A stretch of DNA of 64,000 nucleotides, taken from the IMG/VR virus record IMGVR_UViG_3300028393_000019, positions 201,681 through 265,680 of that record; one strand, written 5' to 3'. Below, piece by piece: positions 1 through 9,781 of the stretch. The notes under the pieces are model-generated. The model was not told where the DNA came from, ran no database searches, and saw nothing but the letters and a program-made list of their open reading frames with translations. The translations under genes were made by a program, and so were the position numbers. Position 1 is the stretch's first letter; every line of letters starts with the position of its first letter.

Positions 1-231
1 TCTGGATACCTTAATTTAGTTTCTAGTTTATTGGGATATAAAACAGGATGCTGTATTAGCTTTAAACATTCTGAATTAAAAGAAGCATTAAACTTAGAAG
101 GTGAACCATTACTTATTATGGGTGTAGGATTTAAAGATCCCGAAGTAAATCGTCGCTTACATCAAACTGACCACGATATAGTGTTCCCAACAAACCCAAG
201 GCAAGAGGTTCCGGTTGTTGAGTACAAATAA
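1..231 (+). CDS. Nitroreductase-family protein, C-terminal part (5' truncated by window)
   Basis: Frame is open from base 1: SGYLNLVSSLLGYKTGCCISF...PLLIMGVGF, which resembles the nitroreductase C-terminal pattern. Confidence 0.55.
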   Translation, partial: SGYLNLVSSLLGYKTGCCISFKHSELKEALNLEGEPLLIMGVGFKDPEVNRRLHQTDHDIVFPTNPRQEVPVVEYK

Positions 232-799
232 GTCTTATCACTCTCTAAATTTAAAAAACTGGGATAAGATAAAACAAAGATACTCGTCATACATTGCAGA
301 CGACATAACCGGTCAAGAGCTCATTATTTTTCAACAAGGTAATGAGGAACTTGACTGGTTAGAAGACAACATACTAGAAGATATCTGTAACTACACAGGT
401 AAAGAACATAAAATAAAATTTGCCGCGCTTGGCGGCCTATGTGCTAACAATACTCTCAAAGAGCATATAGATGGTTTTTACCCTCCTCGACTAGGTTCGT
501 CAAAATGGTCATTAAACATACCAATTAAAAATTACGACAATTTTGAAATGCTCTGGTATGATGGTGACTATGAACATCAAGAAAGAACAGACCCCCCTGA
601 TTTAACTTCACCGTTAAAAGCAGATGAAATGCAGGTTATTAGGCCAAAATGGATTGGTGCCAAAAATCTTAAAGATTCCAGACTCATTAAAGGACCAACG
701 ATTGTCCAAATAAATATCCCACACGTAGTACACAACTATAGCGATAGCACAAGGGTAGTACTTGCTGTAAGGTTTACACCCGACGTAGAAATAAAATGA
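215..799 (+). CDS. Hypothetical protein, possibly cupin/dioxygenase-like
   Basis: 194-aa ORF with TTG start (uncertain); C-terminal QINIPHVVHNYSDSTRVVLAVRF looks like a double-stranded beta-helix end. Confidence 0.45.
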   Translation: MLSTNKSYHSLNLKNWDKIKQRYSSYIADDITGQELIIFQQGNEELDWLEDNILEDICNYTGKEHKIKFAALGGLCANNTLKEHIDGFYPPRLGSSKWSLNIPIKNYDNFEMLWYDGDYEHQERTDPPDLTSPLKADEMQVIRPKWIGAKNLKDSRLIKGPTIVQINIPHVVHNYSDSTRVVLAVRFTPDVEIK

Positions 800-1560
800 A
801 AACACTTTGGATATTTGGAGATTCTTTTAGCACTAGTAGAGACCCTGACGAACATGTTGCTTGGTCTAATCTTCTTTCCAACAAATTAAACGCACAAGTT
901 AAAATCATAGCCGAAGGTGGTAGCTCTATTGGATGGTTAATGTATCAATCATTTTTAATGAAAGATCAATTTAAAAAAGATGATTATGTTATCTTTCAAA
1001 CGTCGACGCTAGTTAGAGCGTTCCTTAATAAAAATAAACCAGGAATGACAGAGTTTTGGAAAGATTGTCCTTATTGGAACTCCTTGAGCAAAAGAGAAAA
1101 AGACGGGTATGCCTTTCATGTGACAAATATTCACGATGAAGAAATATTGCAACAACAAATACAGCTCTGGATATGGGGGATGGCACACTACACCTCTCAT
1201 TTAATTACTAAGCCTGTATTATCTAGAGGATGGGATATTGGCCCGTTAGAAGTGCCGGAAGACTGGACATTAAGCCAAGGATTCTTATTAGATGCTAGCC
1301 TTGACGAATTTGATAAATCAAGAGATGAAAGCATAGACTGGATGTTGCGTGTAGGAGGTGATCCAAGGAACAATCACCTTAGCGAGGTCAATCATTACAT
1401 ACTTGCAGAAATGTATTATGATGCGCTGGTAAACAACTCTGTTCCAGATTTTAAAAAATTAAAAACAAAACTGTACAAGACATATTCTGAATTAGGAAAT
1501 GAAAATCAAATACGTAATGATATAGAAGATGAAAGTTTTGGTAAACGTTGGATAGCATGA
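796..1560 (+). CDS. SGNH/GDSL-like hydrolase-fold protein
   Basis: N-terminal LWIFGDSFS block I and C-terminal NHLSEVNH block V-like motif. Confidence 0.55.
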   Translation: MKTLWIFGDSFSTSRDPDEHVAWSNLLSNKLNAQVKIIAEGGSSIGWLMYQSFLMKDQFKKDDYVIFQTSTLVRAFLNKNKPGMTEFWKDCPYWNSLSKREKDGYAFHVTNIHDEEILQQQIQLWIWGMAHYTSHLITKPVLSRGWDIGPLEVPEDWTLSQGFLLDASLDEFDKSRDESIDWMLRVGGDPRNNHLSEVNHYILAEMYYDALVNNSVPDFKKLKTKLYKTYSELGNENQIRNDIEDESFGKRWIA

Positions 1561-2264
1561 TAAAATACATTGGAAATTTTAAAGACTGGATCAAACCCGA
1601 GTGGATTGAGGAAGTCATGTCCAAACCGGGGTTTGATATGCCTAAACACGGTCTTAGAAATGAAGCAAGATTTAATCCAATACTATTTGACTACCTAGGC
1701 GGAGATGTAACTCGAGTACACACTAAAGAAGAATACTTGCAATTTGTCAAAGAACTGTCAGAGATGGATGAAATTGATCCTGTTGTAAAACATGCTAGAA
1801 CACACGTTGCATATTTAGATCCAGACTTTCCAGTCGATGATGAATATAACATGTATAGAAATTCAGGATACGACATATGGGGTGTGTATTTTAGATTGCT
1901 AGAAAAATTTGATGTTAGTTTTGATATACTAAAAGATCCACCACCATTCTTAGATTATAAAGACAAACACATAACATGGTGGTTTAGTAAAATGAATCCT
2001 GGACAACGTATGCCAGTCCACGTTGATAGAGCTAAGCCGGAAATAGAGATACACAAGTACTGGATGCCGTGGACCGATTACCAGCCCGGGCATATTTTTA
2101 CCATAGGTGATAAAGTTATAACTGACTACAAACAAGGTGATGTATATGAATTTGACTATGCTGGCGAATGGCATGGAGCATGCAACATAGGTCATACACC
2201 GAGAGTTGTGTTACAAATAACTGACTACAAACCATCGAGAAATATAAATGAAACTTCTAGCTAA
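1557..2264 (+). CDS. 2OG-Fe(II)/Asp-Asn beta-hydroxylase-like dioxygenase, paralog 1
   Basis: PVHVD...HGACNIGHTPRVVLQIT (HxD...H triad); ATG at 1557 overlaps the upstream stop. Confidence 0.7.
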   Translation: MIKYIGNFKDWIKPEWIEEVMSKPGFDMPKHGLRNEARFNPILFDYLGGDVTRVHTKEEYLQFVKELSEMDEIDPVVKHARTHVAYLDPDFPVDDEYNMYRNSGYDIWGVYFRLLEKFDVSFDILKDPPPFLDYKDKHITWWFSKMNPGQRMPVHVDRAKPEIEIHKYWMPWTDYQPGHIFTIGDKVITDYKQGDVYEFDYAGEWHGACNIGHTPRVVLQITDYKPSRNINETSS

Positions 2265-2787
2265 TTATAAAGATTGGATTAAGCCTAAGTGGGTTGAGGA
2301 AGCCCTTGCATTAGATGGCTATAAAGTCCCACACGATTTTTTTAAAGATAATAAACTTACGCTTGAAGAACAAGCAGGATTGCGAGAAGCAATGGATCCT
2401 TCAGAACGTGAGATATATGATGTGTACGGTACTGATGGAGTGTTTTTTCATTTGCTTGAAAGCAGTTTGTTTAGCTTCGAAGTTGATCAACCACCATGGA
2501 TTGCGCCCAGTGAAACATTCTGTTGGGAAGTAATAAAAATGCACACTGGAGAATTTATTCCAGTACACAGAGATATACTAAAACATCAAGATCCTAACTC
2601 AAAAAGATTTTGGGTTCCAATGCTAGATTGGAAGGAAGGACATATTTTTATGTACGAAGACCTTTATGTACATAACTATAAAGCAGGTGATGTGTTTTTG
2701 TATGACGACCCTCGAGCATTACACAGCGCAATTAATATTGGAGCAGATATTAGGTTAATTATGCAAGTAACAACTTACAAGGAATGA
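2248..2787 (+). CDS. 2OG-Fe(II)/Asp-Asn beta-hydroxylase-like dioxygenase, paralog 2
   Basis: PVHRD...HSAINIGADIRLIMQVT. Confidence 0.7.
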   Translation: MKLLANYKDWIKPKWVEEALALDGYKVPHDFFKDNKLTLEEQAGLREAMDPSEREIYDVYGTDGVFFHLLESSLFSFEVDQPPWIAPSETFCWEVIKMHTGEFIPVHRDILKHQDPNSKRFWVPMLDWKEGHIFMYEDLYVHNYKAGDVFLYDDPRALHSAINIGADIRLIMQVTTYKE

Positions 2788-3308
2788 TCATGGAGTATGT
2801 GGGAAATTTAAAAGACTTGATAGATACAAGTTGGGTGGAACCTTTATTAAAAGAAGTGTTAGGTAAGACTGGAATCTTAAGACCTAAAGAGGGAGGTAAA
2901 CCTGACGGAGCAGAAGGCAATGCAGAATGGCAGAAAGCTATTGATGCTGGGTACAGTCCCGATGCTGTGTATTTCCAAATGTTTAATCAATCTAATCTAA
3001 CTACAGAAATACCCGAGTTTCATACTTGCGGAAGAGCAAGGCACTGGTGGATTACAAAAATGATGCCAGGGGATTTTATGCCCATGCACATTGACCCGCA
3101 TACTAAACAAGAAAAAAATGTAGATCGTTTTTGGATTCCATTACAAGATTGGGAACAAGGACATATTTTTATGTACGAGGACGATGTTGTGACTAACTAT
3201 AAAGCAGGTGACGTTTACAAGTATTCGTCTGCACAAGCATTACATGGTGCGGCAAACATAGGACTAGTTCCTAGATTAGTTTTGCAAGTAACCCTTTACG
3301 AGGAATAA
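2784..3308 (+). CDS. 2OG-Fe(II)/Asp-Asn beta-hydroxylase-like dioxygenase, paralog 3
   Basis: PMHID...HGAANIGLVPRLVLQVT. Confidence 0.7.
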   Translation: MIMEYVGNLKDLIDTSWVEPLLKEVLGKTGILRPKEGGKPDGAEGNAEWQKAIDAGYSPDAVYFQMFNQSNLTTEIPEFHTCGRARHWWITKMMPGDFMPMHIDPHTKQEKNVDRFWIPLQDWEQGHIFMYEDDVVTNYKAGDVYKYSSAQALHGAANIGLVPRLVLQVTLYEE

Positions 3309-3310
3309 AA

Positions 3311-3865
3311 ATGGAATTTATAGGAAACTACAAAGAATGGTTGAAGCCAGAGTGGGTTGAATATGTTCTAAATAATGATGGCTATGAAATGCCTAAATGG
3401 GAGTTTGAACAGAACGGAATACTTGAAGCCATCGAGCGAGGTGATCGCGCAGAGTTTTGTGAGTTTCAAAAGAAGTATGAAGAAGTAGGATTCAAACACA
3501 ATTCTCTACTTTACTATTTGTTTGAGGAAGATAATTTTCCGTTTGAAGTGCCCTTGCCCCCTTTTATAAATTTAAAAGAAGGGCAAGGATATTATTGGAA
3601 TTTATTTAAATACAAACCAGGAAACTTACTACCAGTGCATAGTGACCGAGTAACTAAGTTTGAAAAAAATTGTAAACGTTACTGGATGAGTTGGCTTGAC
3701 TGGCAGGACGGCCATATTTTAATTTACGAAAATCAAATGATTGCACCGTATAAGGCTGCTGATACTTACATCTTTACTAATCCATTCGGAACACACGGCG
3801 CCGCTAACATTGGCTTAACACCAAGAATATCATTTCAGATTACTATCTACGATGAGCAACATTAA
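3311..3865 (+). CDS. 2OG-Fe(II)/Asp-Asn beta-hydroxylase-like dioxygenase, paralog 4
   Basis: PVHSD...HGAANIGLTPRISFQIT. Confidence 0.7.
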   Translation: MEFIGNYKEWLKPEWVEYVLNNDGYEMPKWEFEQNGILEAIERGDRAEFCEFQKKYEEVGFKHNSLLYYLFEEDNFPFEVPLPPFINLKEGQGYYWNLFKYKPGNLLPVHSDRVTKFEKNCKRYWMSWLDWQDGHILIYENQMIAPYKAADTYIFTNPFGTHGAANIGLTPRISFQITIYDEQH

Positions 3866-4643
3866 AAGAATAGTAGCGTTTGGATGCAGTTACACTGCCG
3901 GAGAAGAGTTGTTATACCATCAACTTGGAGACCTCGACGAATATAGAAAAAGTACATCACACAATCCCCGATTATTTTTTCAAAAACTATCAAAGGATCC
4001 TGTTGCACAAGAAACTTTGAAAACCATACGATCTGATCAATTGAAATTAGCATGGCCGGCAAAACTTGCCGCATTATTGAATATTGACTATGTCAACTTT
4101 GCAGAAGCTGGCAACAGTATGGATAAAATACTATGGCAAGTAGAACAGAAGAAATTAGAAAAATTCTTCCAACTCGGAGATGTAATATTTGTAGGTGCCA
4201 CTAATCCTGATAGGAATATATTCTTTAAGGACACTGGTCCTATGTCGTTTCAATTACCATCATTACATTGGGCGTCTGAAGAATCGCTAATAGGTGTTGA
4301 TAGTGTCGGCAACATCGATGTTGTTATAAGCAAAAATGCAGATAAAGAGTTACTCAACTGGTTTACTGATGATCGAATTGTTTGGGATTATCTTAAATCG
4401 TTAAGGTCGTTAGCATCTCTGGGTGCTGCCATTGTAAATGCTATGTCGTGCGATATAAATTTAAATGTGCAATCATATAATGTTGAACTATTTAAAAACA
4501 TAAAAGATAGCATACAATATCTTCAAAGTAATGATATGGATTCGTTCGCAGGAAAAGATGATTACTTGGCATGGGGTCACCCTAATGAGCAAGTGCATCA
4601 ACGATTTGCGGAAAGCATATATGAAATACTGCGGAAATTATAA
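3852..4643 (+). CDS. SGNH/GDSL-like hydrolase-fold protein
   Basis: IVAFGCSYTAG at the N-terminus; WGHPNEQVHQRFA at the C-terminus. Confidence 0.55.
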   Translation: MSNIKRIVAFGCSYTAGEELLYHQLGDLDEYRKSTSHNPRLFFQKLSKDPVAQETLKTIRSDQLKLAWPAKLAALLNIDYVNFAEAGNSMDKILWQVEQKKLEKFFQLGDVIFVGATNPDRNIFFKDTGPMSFQLPSLHWASEESLIGVDSVGNIDVVISKNADKELLNWFTDDRIVWDYLKSLRSLASLGAAIVNAMSCDINLNVQSYNVELFKNIKDSIQYLQSNDMDSFAGKDDYLAWGHPNEQVHQRFAESIYEILRKL

Positions 4644-5175
4644 ACACTTAATCAATCCAGAATGGATAGAGTTATTGTTATCAACAAAAGGTATCCCTAT
4701 CAGCCCTTGGAAAGATCATAAAGTAGACGAGGTTAAAGAAGAAATTGATTTTGATCAATTGTTGACATCTACACAAGATGAACGAGATTTGTTTGTGACT
4801 GGACCGTATGGGGAAAGTCTCATCATGGCTGAGATGTTCACTGAAGAGAATATACCGTTTGTACTAGATTTCAAAGAAGTTCAACATCTATTTGCAGGTG
4901 ACTGGTGGATCATAAAACAACTGCCAGGGCAGTATATGCCGATACATAGAGATACTGCATTATTCTACCAAGAAAATAATAGAATATGGATGCCGCTTAT
5001 AGACTATCAACAAGGTCACATTTTTATTCATGAAGGTAATTTTATAAAAGATTACAAGGCCGGTGACATGTTTAAATATTTCAAAGATAACGATTTGCAT
5101 GGTAGTATAAATTTAAGCTCGACCCCCAGAATTGTTTTGCAAATAAGCCAGAAACCTATACCATATGATCGTTAA
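4621..5175 (+). CDS. 2OG-Fe(II)/Asp-Asn beta-hydroxylase-like dioxygenase, paralog 5
   Basis: Start moved to ATG 4621 (MKYCGNYKHLINPEWIE matches the paralog N-termini); PIHRD...HGSINLSSTPRIVLQIS. Confidence 0.7.
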   Translation: MKYCGNYKHLINPEWIELLLSTKGIPISPWKDHKVDEVKEEIDFDQLLTSTQDERDLFVTGPYGESLIMAEMFTEENIPFVLDFKEVQHLFAGDWWIIKQLPGQYMPIHRDTALFYQENNRIWMPLIDYQQGHIFIHEGNFIKDYKAGDMFKYFKDNDLHGSINLSSTPRIVLQISQKPIPYDR

Positions 5176-5674
5176 TAATTTAAAAGTTGCTATAACAGGG
5201 CATACCGGAGAGGTAGGTTCTGCGTTATCTAAAGTGTTTACCGATGCTGGACATAGTATAGTCGGCATATCAAGATCTACTGGGTTTGATTTAAACAACA
5301 ATGAAAACTACAAAGATATTATTTCCACAATTGATCAATGCGATGTGTTTATCAATTGTTGTCAAATAGGTCAAGATGCACTACTACGGAATGTTTGGAA
5401 TTTATGGCAGGGCTGTGAATACAAACGGATTATCAACATCAGTGCAATCAGCGCATCTGACCCTGCTGAGAATAAAGAGTATTATCAAAATAAAAGAAAC
5501 TTAGAATCAACGTTCTGGGAATTACTTAAAATAAATCAGTTCCCACCTATGACTATCGTTAGAGCAGGCCTAAGAGAACATGACCCTAGTTACGATAACT
5601 GGGCAAAGTTCTTAATGAAATTGCTAAATGAACCTGAATATCATTTTTTAGAAGTGAGTTATTTTAAATTATGA
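5165..5674 (+). CDS. Short-chain dehydrogenase/reductase (Rossmann fold), short form
   Basis: VAITGHTGEVGSAL glycine motif, DVFINC, IINISA, YxxxK (YYQNK). Confidence 0.65.
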   Translation: MIVNNLKVAITGHTGEVGSALSKVFTDAGHSIVGISRSTGFDLNNNENYKDIISTIDQCDVFINCCQIGQDALLRNVWNLWQGCEYKRIINISAISASDPAENKEYYQNKRNLESTFWELLKINQFPPMTIVRAGLREHDPSYDNWAKFLMKLLNEPEYHFLEVSYFKL

Positions 5675-6456
5675 TTACTAATTTAAAACTTATACTCGAA
5701 AATAAATGTGCAACATTTGAAAGTTGGACCAATACGTTTGACAATTTTATAAACCATCAACCGAGAGATTCCGATAGTGTACTAGAAAAATATAAAAATT
5801 CTCCTGATTTCTGTACTTGGGAAATAGACGAAGACATTACAACTATTAGCTATCGTTATGTACATAGATTATGCAGTAATGGGGACATGCATTGTTTACA
5901 ATCATACACTGAAGAAAAATATCAATCGTTAATAAATTACAAAACATTAGGTCTAGAACTTCCTATTTTAGAAATAATGTCTGTTGAGAATGATTTGTTG
6001 TATACAAAATTTACCAGCCCCACTGGGGACTTAGGATATCCACCACCCTATGTGTTATTGAACATAATGTATAACAGCAGTAATGTTATAGAGGAATTCC
6101 GTAACTATATTACTGTTATAATTGATAATTATATAGAATTAACTAAGAAATGTATACAACACAATATACCATTTTTTAGCCCGGCTCGGACTATGACTAG
6201 CCATTACTTTGATAATATGTTTTATTTTAAAGATACTGTATTCTTTTCTAGCAACAAAGAGCTAACGGTTGAAGATATAGCAGATATCATTAGTAGTAAC
6301 ATTGACGGGTTTAGAAGAGCAAAAGGAATAATATCAGCATATCAAGGCAGAGCTGATTCACATCCGGATACTGTTGATTTGATTTATAAAGAAATAGAAA
6401 ATCTAAAAAGTTATGCGAGGACGCAATGTCTAAATTTAAAGAATGTAACTCTGTAA
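5671..6456 (+). CDS. Hypothetical protein
   Basis: 261-aa ORF coupled to its neighbours; no motif recognised. Confidence 0.6.
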   Translation: MITNLKLILENKCATFESWTNTFDNFINHQPRDSDSVLEKYKNSPDFCTWEIDEDITTISYRYVHRLCSNGDMHCLQSYTEEKYQSLINYKTLGLELPILEIMSVENDLLYTKFTSPTGDLGYPPPYVLLNIMYNSSNVIEEFRNYITVIIDNYIELTKKCIQHNIPFFSPARTMTSHYFDNMFYFKDTVFFSSNKELTVEDIADIISSNIDGFRRAKGIISAYQGRADSHPDTVDLIYKEIENLKSYARTQCLNLKNVTL

Positions 6457-6626
6457 TAGCACACTACAAACACAATAAAAAATACATAGAGCTTGTTACT
6501 AGCCTATATGTATTTTCTGAAGCACAATCTACAGGGTCACCTACCCATTACGATGCAACTACTTGGCAATGGGGTGACAAAACTATTTTAATTCAAGAAG
6601 TAGGAATTCATCCTGAGATTGAATAA
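6426..6626 (+). CDS. Small hypothetical protein
   Basis: 66-aa ORF filling the gap between genes. Confidence 0.35.
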   Translation: MSKFKECNSVIAHYKHNKKYIELVTSLYVFSEAQSTGSPTHYDATTWQWGDKTILIQEVGIHPEIE

Positions 6627-7579
6627 GAAGGTATAGCTCTAGTTTGTCCGTTAATTGTAACTTTGATATATTTGACATCGTCAAAATTTACATTTTCTTT
6701 GCCTACTTCTTCTAACTCTAATTCTAGAGTCGATGAAATCTTAGCACCATAGTAAGCATACAGTTTTCCGCTATTGGAAATCTTAACTCTTACCTCTGGC
6801 ATAGCACCCGGGGTAGTACGTGTCACCCAATTCATTGCAGTTGGTAGGAATTCCTCAGTCGGATTACCGTCAACTGTAGCTGTCTGAGCCATGCCCCATT
6901 CCCATGGATCGTCACCGGCTTTACCTAACCAATCAAACGCATATATAAAATCGCCATCTTGCAATGGTAACGGATTTTCTGGGGTTCCTCTAAATCTGTT
7001 AAACGCCGTCCAACCTGCTTTATAAGGATTATTATCATAGCTGTCAAATCTCAATGCTGGCTGTTTAAAATTACCTTGCTGAGTGATTAATATACCTGTT
7101 GATTTTGTATCAATTGTAAGAGGCACTGGGTAATCAAATCTACATCCGCCCGACATCCACCAATCTTGCGATTTGTCTCGATCTTCAACAGCATTGTTAT
7201 TGTTTACAATCTTTATACCTTTGGCAGATAAAACTCCTCTAGAGTCGATAGATACATACTCTTCTGTAAAGATTCCCTTAGTTGCTCCCAATATCAAACT
7301 AGCGTCTACGACGTCTTGACCATCAACAACATCTTGTGTTACAATAGCACTTACAAATGCCGCATTAACATATGACGAATCGTTACCGCCTTTAGAGTAT
7401 GCAGTAAATTTGAGCACACCGAGCTGATCCCCATTTTGGCAATTCTCAGGGGCATCAAGTGTTCCCCTTGAACTACCAATTTTAAGGCTAGGTTGGTTCT
7501 TTTTGAAGCCGCCGGTTATTCCACGAATGAATAGTGGAGTATCGAAGCCGTCTGTTTCAAGTATTTTCTCGTTGTTCAT
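6608..7579 (-). CDS. Virion/tail-fibre-like protein with internal duplication
   Basis: Start reassigned to ATG 7579 (MNNEKILETD), 19 nt after a TATAAATA box; two copies of an RGT...P....(N/D)GD-x-(L/I)-x-x-x-x-(F/W) unit typical of fibre-type proteins. Confidence 0.5.
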   Translation of the reverse strand: MNNEKILETDGFDTPLFIRGITGGFKKNQPSLKIGSSRGTLDAPENCQNGDQLGVLKFTAYSKGGNDSSYVNAAFVSAIVTQDVVDGQDVVDASLILGATKGIFTEEYVSIDSRGVLSAKGIKIVNNNNAVEDRDKSQDWWMSGGCRFDYPVPLTIDTKSTGILITQQGNFKQPALRFDSYDNNPYKAGWTAFNRFRGTPENPLPLQDGDFIYAFDWLGKAGDDPWEWGMAQTATVDGNPTEEFLPTAMNWVTRTTPGAMPEVRVKISNSGKLYAYYGAKISSTLELELEEVGKENVNFDDVKYIKVTINGQTRAIPSYSISG

Positions 7580-7598
7580 AGTATAAGTAATGTAAGCA

Positions 7599-7606
7599 TA
7601 TTTATA
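7599..7606 (-). promoter_or_regulatory. T4-type late promoter TATAAATA
   Basis: TATTTATA on the + strand, upstream of the minus-strand gene starting at 7579. Confidence 0.6.
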
Positions 7607-7619
7607 GTGGAAATTAATA

Positions 7620-9188
7620 ATGAAAATTTTAATCATCGGTGGTGGAACAGCAGGATGGATGACTGCCGGATATTTGGCCAAATATCGGGGCGGTGAAAAT
7701 ATTACACTTGTAGAGTCAGCAACTATACCTAAAATTGGTGTTGGGGAAAGTGTAACTCCGCACGTTTGTAACTTTTTTAAAGAAATCGGAATTGACGAAT
7801 TTGACTGGATGAAAGTTACAGGTGCTGTACACAAATATGCCAATAAATTTGTCAATTGGCAGGGCACCGGTGATGAACAATATTTCAGTTTCAACTACAC
7901 AGTACCTACCGAAAACTTTTATAAAGATATACCAGTGAACAAAACGCAAGAAGATTTCACTAGAGTTGTTGATGCCCCTAGGAGCATTGACACAGTTAGC
8001 GAACTTTGCCAATCTAAAATTTTTAATAGATTTGACAAATATTTTAATCCACAGTTTCACTACATGGAACAAAATGTAATGCCCTATAAAGATGGTCAAG
8101 ATTTGTTGAACCAGCCATTTAGCCATGCGCACCATATCAATGCAGAATTAGCAGGCCCTTACATTAAAGATAAAATAGCAATACCTGCAGGTGTAAAACA
8201 CGTTGTCAACGATGTTGTTAAAGTAAATATTGAAGGTAATCGCATAACATCAGTTTTGTTAGGTGATGGTACAGAATTAACCGCAGACTTGTACATAGAC
8301 TGTTCTGGTTTTGCACGAGTACTTTCAAATGCGCTTGGGTGGAAATTAGTAGAAAAAAATACACCAATTGACCGTGCATGGGTCTGTCAAACAGAGTATG
8401 TCGATCCAGAGACTGAGATGGTTAACTATACTCAAAGCATTGCTGAACCCTATGGCTGGCGATTTAAAATAGGTGTGTATCATCGTATGGGTAATGGCTA
8501 TTGCTTTAGCAGTAAGCACACCACTGAAGAAGAAGCACTAGATCACTTTATAAAACAAATTGGTCCGCAACGTAGACCACCTCGATTGATTAAATGGACT
8601 CCAACTAGATTAGAAAAATTCGGAGATGGTAACTGTGCGGCTATCGGACTAAGTTGCGGATTCACTGAGCCGTTAGAAGCCAATGCACTCTACACTATTA
8701 TTACAAGCATACGTAGGCTGAATAATGTACTAGATGAAAGTACGTTAGATTTCAGTACCTACAATGAAAAAATGGCGTATACTATTGACGACATATCAGA
8801 TTTTATTCTAGTACACTATACATTGAGCAATAGATCAGATACTAAATTTTGGACTGACATGCAAGAATTAGGTAAAAAATTAAAACATCGAGAACTAGTT
8901 GTTAAAAAGATATACGAAGAAAAAAACACAATGAAATCAGCTGTTGAAGGCTACACAATGTTTCCGGACTATATGTGGGCACAATTAGCAGTATCATGGG
9001 GAATACCCTTTGACACGAAGTCAACAAGTGCTATAGAAAAAGAATTGTCTAAACAATATTTTGAATACAGCGAACACAAGCACCGGCTAGTATCTTCAAT
9101 ATGCAAAAATAATTATCAATGGCATAAAGAAAATATCTTTAATAACATGCCAAACACTGAATGGGAGAAACAATGGATTTCGAAATAA
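7620..9188 (+). CDS. Flavin-dependent tryptophan-halogenase family protein (PrnA-like)
   Basis: GGGTAGW, IGVGES, AVHKYANKFVNW (catalytic Lys position), DLYIDCSGF, RMGNGY, GFTEPLE; 522 aa. Confidence 0.85.
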   Translation: MKILIIGGGTAGWMTAGYLAKYRGGENITLVESATIPKIGVGESVTPHVCNFFKEIGIDEFDWMKVTGAVHKYANKFVNWQGTGDEQYFSFNYTVPTENFYKDIPVNKTQEDFTRVVDAPRSIDTVSELCQSKIFNRFDKYFNPQFHYMEQNVMPYKDGQDLLNQPFSHAHHINAELAGPYIKDKIAIPAGVKHVVNDVVKVNIEGNRITSVLLGDGTELTADLYIDCSGFARVLSNALGWKLVEKNTPIDRAWVCQTEYVDPETEMVNYTQSIAEPYGWRFKIGVYHRMGNGYCFSSKHTTEEEALDHFIKQIGPQRRPPRLIKWTPTRLEKFGDGNCAAIGLSCGFTEPLEANALYTIITSIRRLNNVLDESTLDFSTYNEKMAYTIDDISDFILVHYTLSNRSDTKFWTDMQELGKKLKHRELVVKKIYEEKNTMKSAVEGYTMFPDYMWAQLAVSWGIPFDTKSTSAIEKELSKQYFEYSEHKHRLVSSICKNNYQWHKENIFNNMPNTEWEKQWISK

Positions 9189-9781
9189 TCAAAGTCCGTA
9201 ACAACTTATGTAAAATTAAGTTAACGACACCGTATAGTTACGCACAGTTGTTAGCCGAATTTGAAAAAGAAGAATGGGTTAACCATGCTGACTATGAAGA
9301 ACGTGCTGGTGATCCACACCTGTGCAGGTCGGCACTTCCTTATCCTAAAAGTATTATCTTACAGGAAATTGTAAACTACTTGTCGTCAGACGAAGTTAAA
9401 AGAAAGATCATAGACACTATGTATGAGCTATTTCCAGGAATACAAAATATGTGGGATGGTTGGTCGAACAATAAAATGTTTAATTCAACGCTTTGGGGAG
9501 GACAATTTCTCAAAGACGAACCTGGTTTTATAATTGAACCGCATATTGATACTAGACTACAAATATTAACATCACTAGTCTATTTTATAGAAGACAACGA
9601 TCCTAAACAAGCAACTGTGTTTTACACAGACAAGAATCGTTCCGATCCGTGGACAGCTGAAACAGGTGTTGGGGTGGGGACTTTGCATATTAACGATTAT
9701 GATGTATGGCACGAAGGTTCTAACAGATCGGATAAAGATCGATACCTCATGAGCTTAGGACTAATTGTAAATGTTAAATGA
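9173..9781 (+). CDS. 2OG-Fe(II) oxygenase (different family from the tandem paralogs)
   Basis: IEPHID...WHEG.N...RYLMS; ATG at 9173. Confidence 0.65.
   Translation: MDFEIIKVRNNLCKIKLTTPYSYAQLLAEFEKEEWVNHADYEERAGDPHLCRSALPYPKSIILQEIVNYLSSDEVKRKIIDTMYELFPGIQNMWDGWSNNKMFNSTLWGGQFLKDEPGFIIEPHIDTRLQILTSLVYFIEDNDPKQATVFYTDKNRSDPWTAETGVGVGTLHINDYDVWHEGSNRSDKDRYLMSLGLIVNVK

Noticed and set aside
4531-4620. N-terminal extension of dioxygenase paralog 5
   Set aside because: Paralog alignment begins at ATG 4621
7580-7894. N-terminal 105 aa of the 428-aa minus-strand ORF
   Set aside because: Antisense to the halogenase start; ATG 7579 after a late promoter is the better start
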